From the NCBI GenBank assembly GCA_038231435.1, contig JBBRLJ010000067.1:1-17523 (forward strand): DNA of 17,523 bases, given 5' to 3'. Shown one piece after another: positions 15,855-17,523 of the stretch; positions within the stretch are counted from its first letter, which is position 1, and every line of letters starts with the position of its first letter. The notes beneath the pieces are model-generated. The model was not told where the DNA came from. It ran no database searches and was given only the letters and a program-made list of their open reading frames with translations. Both the position numbers and the translations under genes were made by a program. Source of the stretch: Planctomycetota bacterium. Its GTDB lineage: Bacteria; Planctomycetota; UBA11346.

Positions 15855-17099
15855 GTGAGCACCTCAGCCGAACTCGACGAAGATTTCCGCTACGGGCAGC
15901 TCGCCATCGAGGGCCGGCTGATCAGTCCGGACCAGTTCGACGCGGCGATGGACAAGGTCAAGAACAACAAGAAGCCCCTAGCCGAGGTGCTGGTATCGGA
16001 AGGGGTCATCGACACCACCACCGCCGACCGATTGACCAAGGCCCTGCGCCGCATCGTCCGCGACGAGCGCGCGAAGTCCGAGGGCGGGATGCTGGTGAAG
16101 AAGCAGATCGGCGGCTACAAGCTGATCCGGCGCATCGGCGAGGGCGGCATGGGCGAGGTCTACCTCGCCGAGCAGCTGACCATGCACCGCACGGTCGCGC
16201 TCAAGATCCTGCACGGCAAATGGGCCGACGACGAGGAGTTCCGCAAGCGCTTCCTGCTCGAGGCACGCGCCGCCGGCAAGCTCTCGCACCAGAACCTGAT
16301 CCAGGTCTTCGACGTGGGCAAGTATCAGGGCCTGTACTACTTCTCGATGGAGTACATCGACGGCGTCACCGTCGACGACCTGATCCGCCACGACGGCGCG
16401 CTCGAGGTCGACAAGGTGATCGACATCATCATGCAGGTCTGCCAGGCGCTGAAGTACCTGCAGTCGCACAACATCGTGCACCGCGACATCAAGCCCGCGA
16501 ACATCATGGTGACCAAGGACGGCCAGGTGAAGCTGGGCGACTTCGGCTTCATCCAGTCGGTGTTCGACGCCGAGCTGATGCAGGAGGGCACCACCATCGG
16601 CACGCCCGATTACATCAGCCCCGAGCAGGCGCGCGGCGAGCGCAACCTCGACGTGCGTAGCGACATCTATTCGCTGGGCGCCACGCTCTTCCACATGCTC
16701 ACCGGCAAGACGCTGTTCAGCGGCAGCTGCTCGAAGGTGATGCGCGACCACATCGAAACCACGCCTCCACGCCTCGAGGATCTGCGCAAGGACCTGCCCA
16801 AGGACCTGCTGCGCATGCTCAAGAAGATGATGGAGAAGCAGCCCATCGATCGCTACCAGTCGCCCGACGAGATCATGAAGGATCTCGAGATGCTGAAGAT
16901 CGACGTCGCCGCGGACGGGGGCCAGATCCCGACCTCGCGCAGCCAGATCATCAACGTCATCAATGCCGAGAAGGAGCGCATCCTGCTGCTCGAGAAGGAA
17001 GTCGAGGGCGCCCGTGGCAAGCTCATCACTTTCATGGGCCTGGCGATCGCCGGCTGGGTGATCGCCATAGCGGCGCTGATCGCGCACGCGGTGCGCTAG
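15855..17099 (+). CDS. Hanks-type Ser/Thr protein kinase with C-terminal membrane anchor (414 aa, GTG start)
   Basis: GEGGMGEV, VALK, HRDIKPAN, DFG, GTPDYISPEQ and DIYSLG; coiled-coil followed by a terminal hydrophobic helix. Confidence 0.95.
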   Translation: MSTSAELDEDFRYGQLAIEGRLISPDQFDAAMDKVKNNKKPLAEVLVSEGVIDTTTADRLTKALRRIVRDERAKSEGGMLVKKQIGGYKLIRRIGEGGMGEVYLAEQLTMHRTVALKILHGKWADDEEFRKRFLLEARAAGKLSHQNLIQVFDVGKYQGLYYFSMEYIDGVTVDDLIRHDGALEVDKVIDIIMQVCQALKYLQSHNIVHRDIKPANIMVTKDGQVKLGDFGFIQSVFDAELMQEGTTIGTPDYISPEQARGERNLDVRSDIYSLGATLFHMLTGKTLFSGSCSKVMRDHIETTPPRLEDLRKDLPKDLLRMLKKMMEKQPIDRYQSPDEIMKDLEMLKIDVAADGGQIPTSRSQIINVINAEKERILLLEKEVEGARGKLITFMGLAIAGWVIAIAALIAHAVR

Positions 17100-17111
17100 G
17101 GCTTTTTTCAT

Positions 17112-17450
17112 AGGGGCTCCGCCCCTACGGCCTTCGGCCTACCCCACGGGCTTTGTCGGGGCTCGGTTTCTTCGGCTGTGCCTCAAAAACCGTGGGCGGA
17201 TGGGGCTGCGCCCCATTGTATCCGCCCACCGCCCCTCGGCGCCCGCCCCATCGCGGAGCGATGGGGCCCCCGGGTATGGTGTTTCAGGGCCGTACGGTGC
17301 GGGCGGCTACCGCCGACCCGGCCGCCGAGTCCTGGTTTGCGTGAATAATGGGCGAAGCCCATCCGCCCACGATTTTGACAGCGAAGCTGGAAAAATCGAA
17401 CCCCGACAAAGCCCGCGGGGTAGGCCGAAGGCCGTAGGGGCGAAACCCCT
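17112..17450. repeat. REPIN/BIME-like composite: two inverted copies of the multi-hairpin repeat around a ~130 bp core
   Basis: 17112-17217 aligns with the reverse complement of 17347-17450 (shared GCCCCTACGGCCTTCGGCCTACCCC.CGGGCTTTGTCGGGG and CGTGGGCGGATGGG); sits between convergent genes. Confidence 0.88.
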
Positions 17451-17453
17451 GCT

Positions 17454-17522
17454 TTAGGGCCCCATAGCCTCCACTGCTTTCAGCCCTTGCAGCGCCTTGG
17501 CATTGGCCGGCTCGATCTTCAG
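17454..17522 (-). CDS. 3' end of a gene entering from the right, possibly ending in a TPR
   Basis: Reads LKIEPANAKALQGLKAVEAMGP-stop (TAA at 17456-17454), resembling the L..xP.N..A end of a TPR repeat; only 22 codons are visible. Confidence 0.5.
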   Translation of the reverse strand: MKIEPANAKALQGLKAVEAMGP

Positions 17523-17523
17523 A

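Noticed and set aside
17112..17450. CRISPR array, tRNA or IS element
   Set aside because: No regularly spaced direct repeats with unique spacers, no cloverleaf or T-loop motif, no transposase ORF and no target-site duplication.

Overview
A GC-rich bacterial chromosomal segment. A Planctomycetota-like origin is an inference from the Hanks-type kinase with an MshEN-like N-terminus, the coiled-coil OmpA/MotB lipoprotein and the FG-GAP protein. Housekeeping-type genes on the left (rhomboid protease, OmpA/MotB lipoprotein, leuB) and right (ispF, gcvH, Ser/Thr kinase) flank an ~11 kb accessory catabolic block. That block holds a cytoplasmic GH106-like glycosidase, a questin-oxidase-family protein, an AraC regulator divergent from a four-gene unit (Gfo/Idh/MocA dehydrogenase, signal-less 7-repeat FG-GAP propeller, ketose 3-epimerase, PhyH dioxygenase), and a second PhyH/AraC divergon. 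The most distinctive non-coding signal is a ~105-120 bp multi-hairpin repeat in three copies (88-206, 17112-17232, inverted at 17347-17450), with compensatory stem changes, C-GNA-G triloops and GTAG feet, plus a smaller relative at 10612-10673. No tRNA, rRNA, CRISPR array or transposase was seen. All family calls come from reading motifs, not from database searches.
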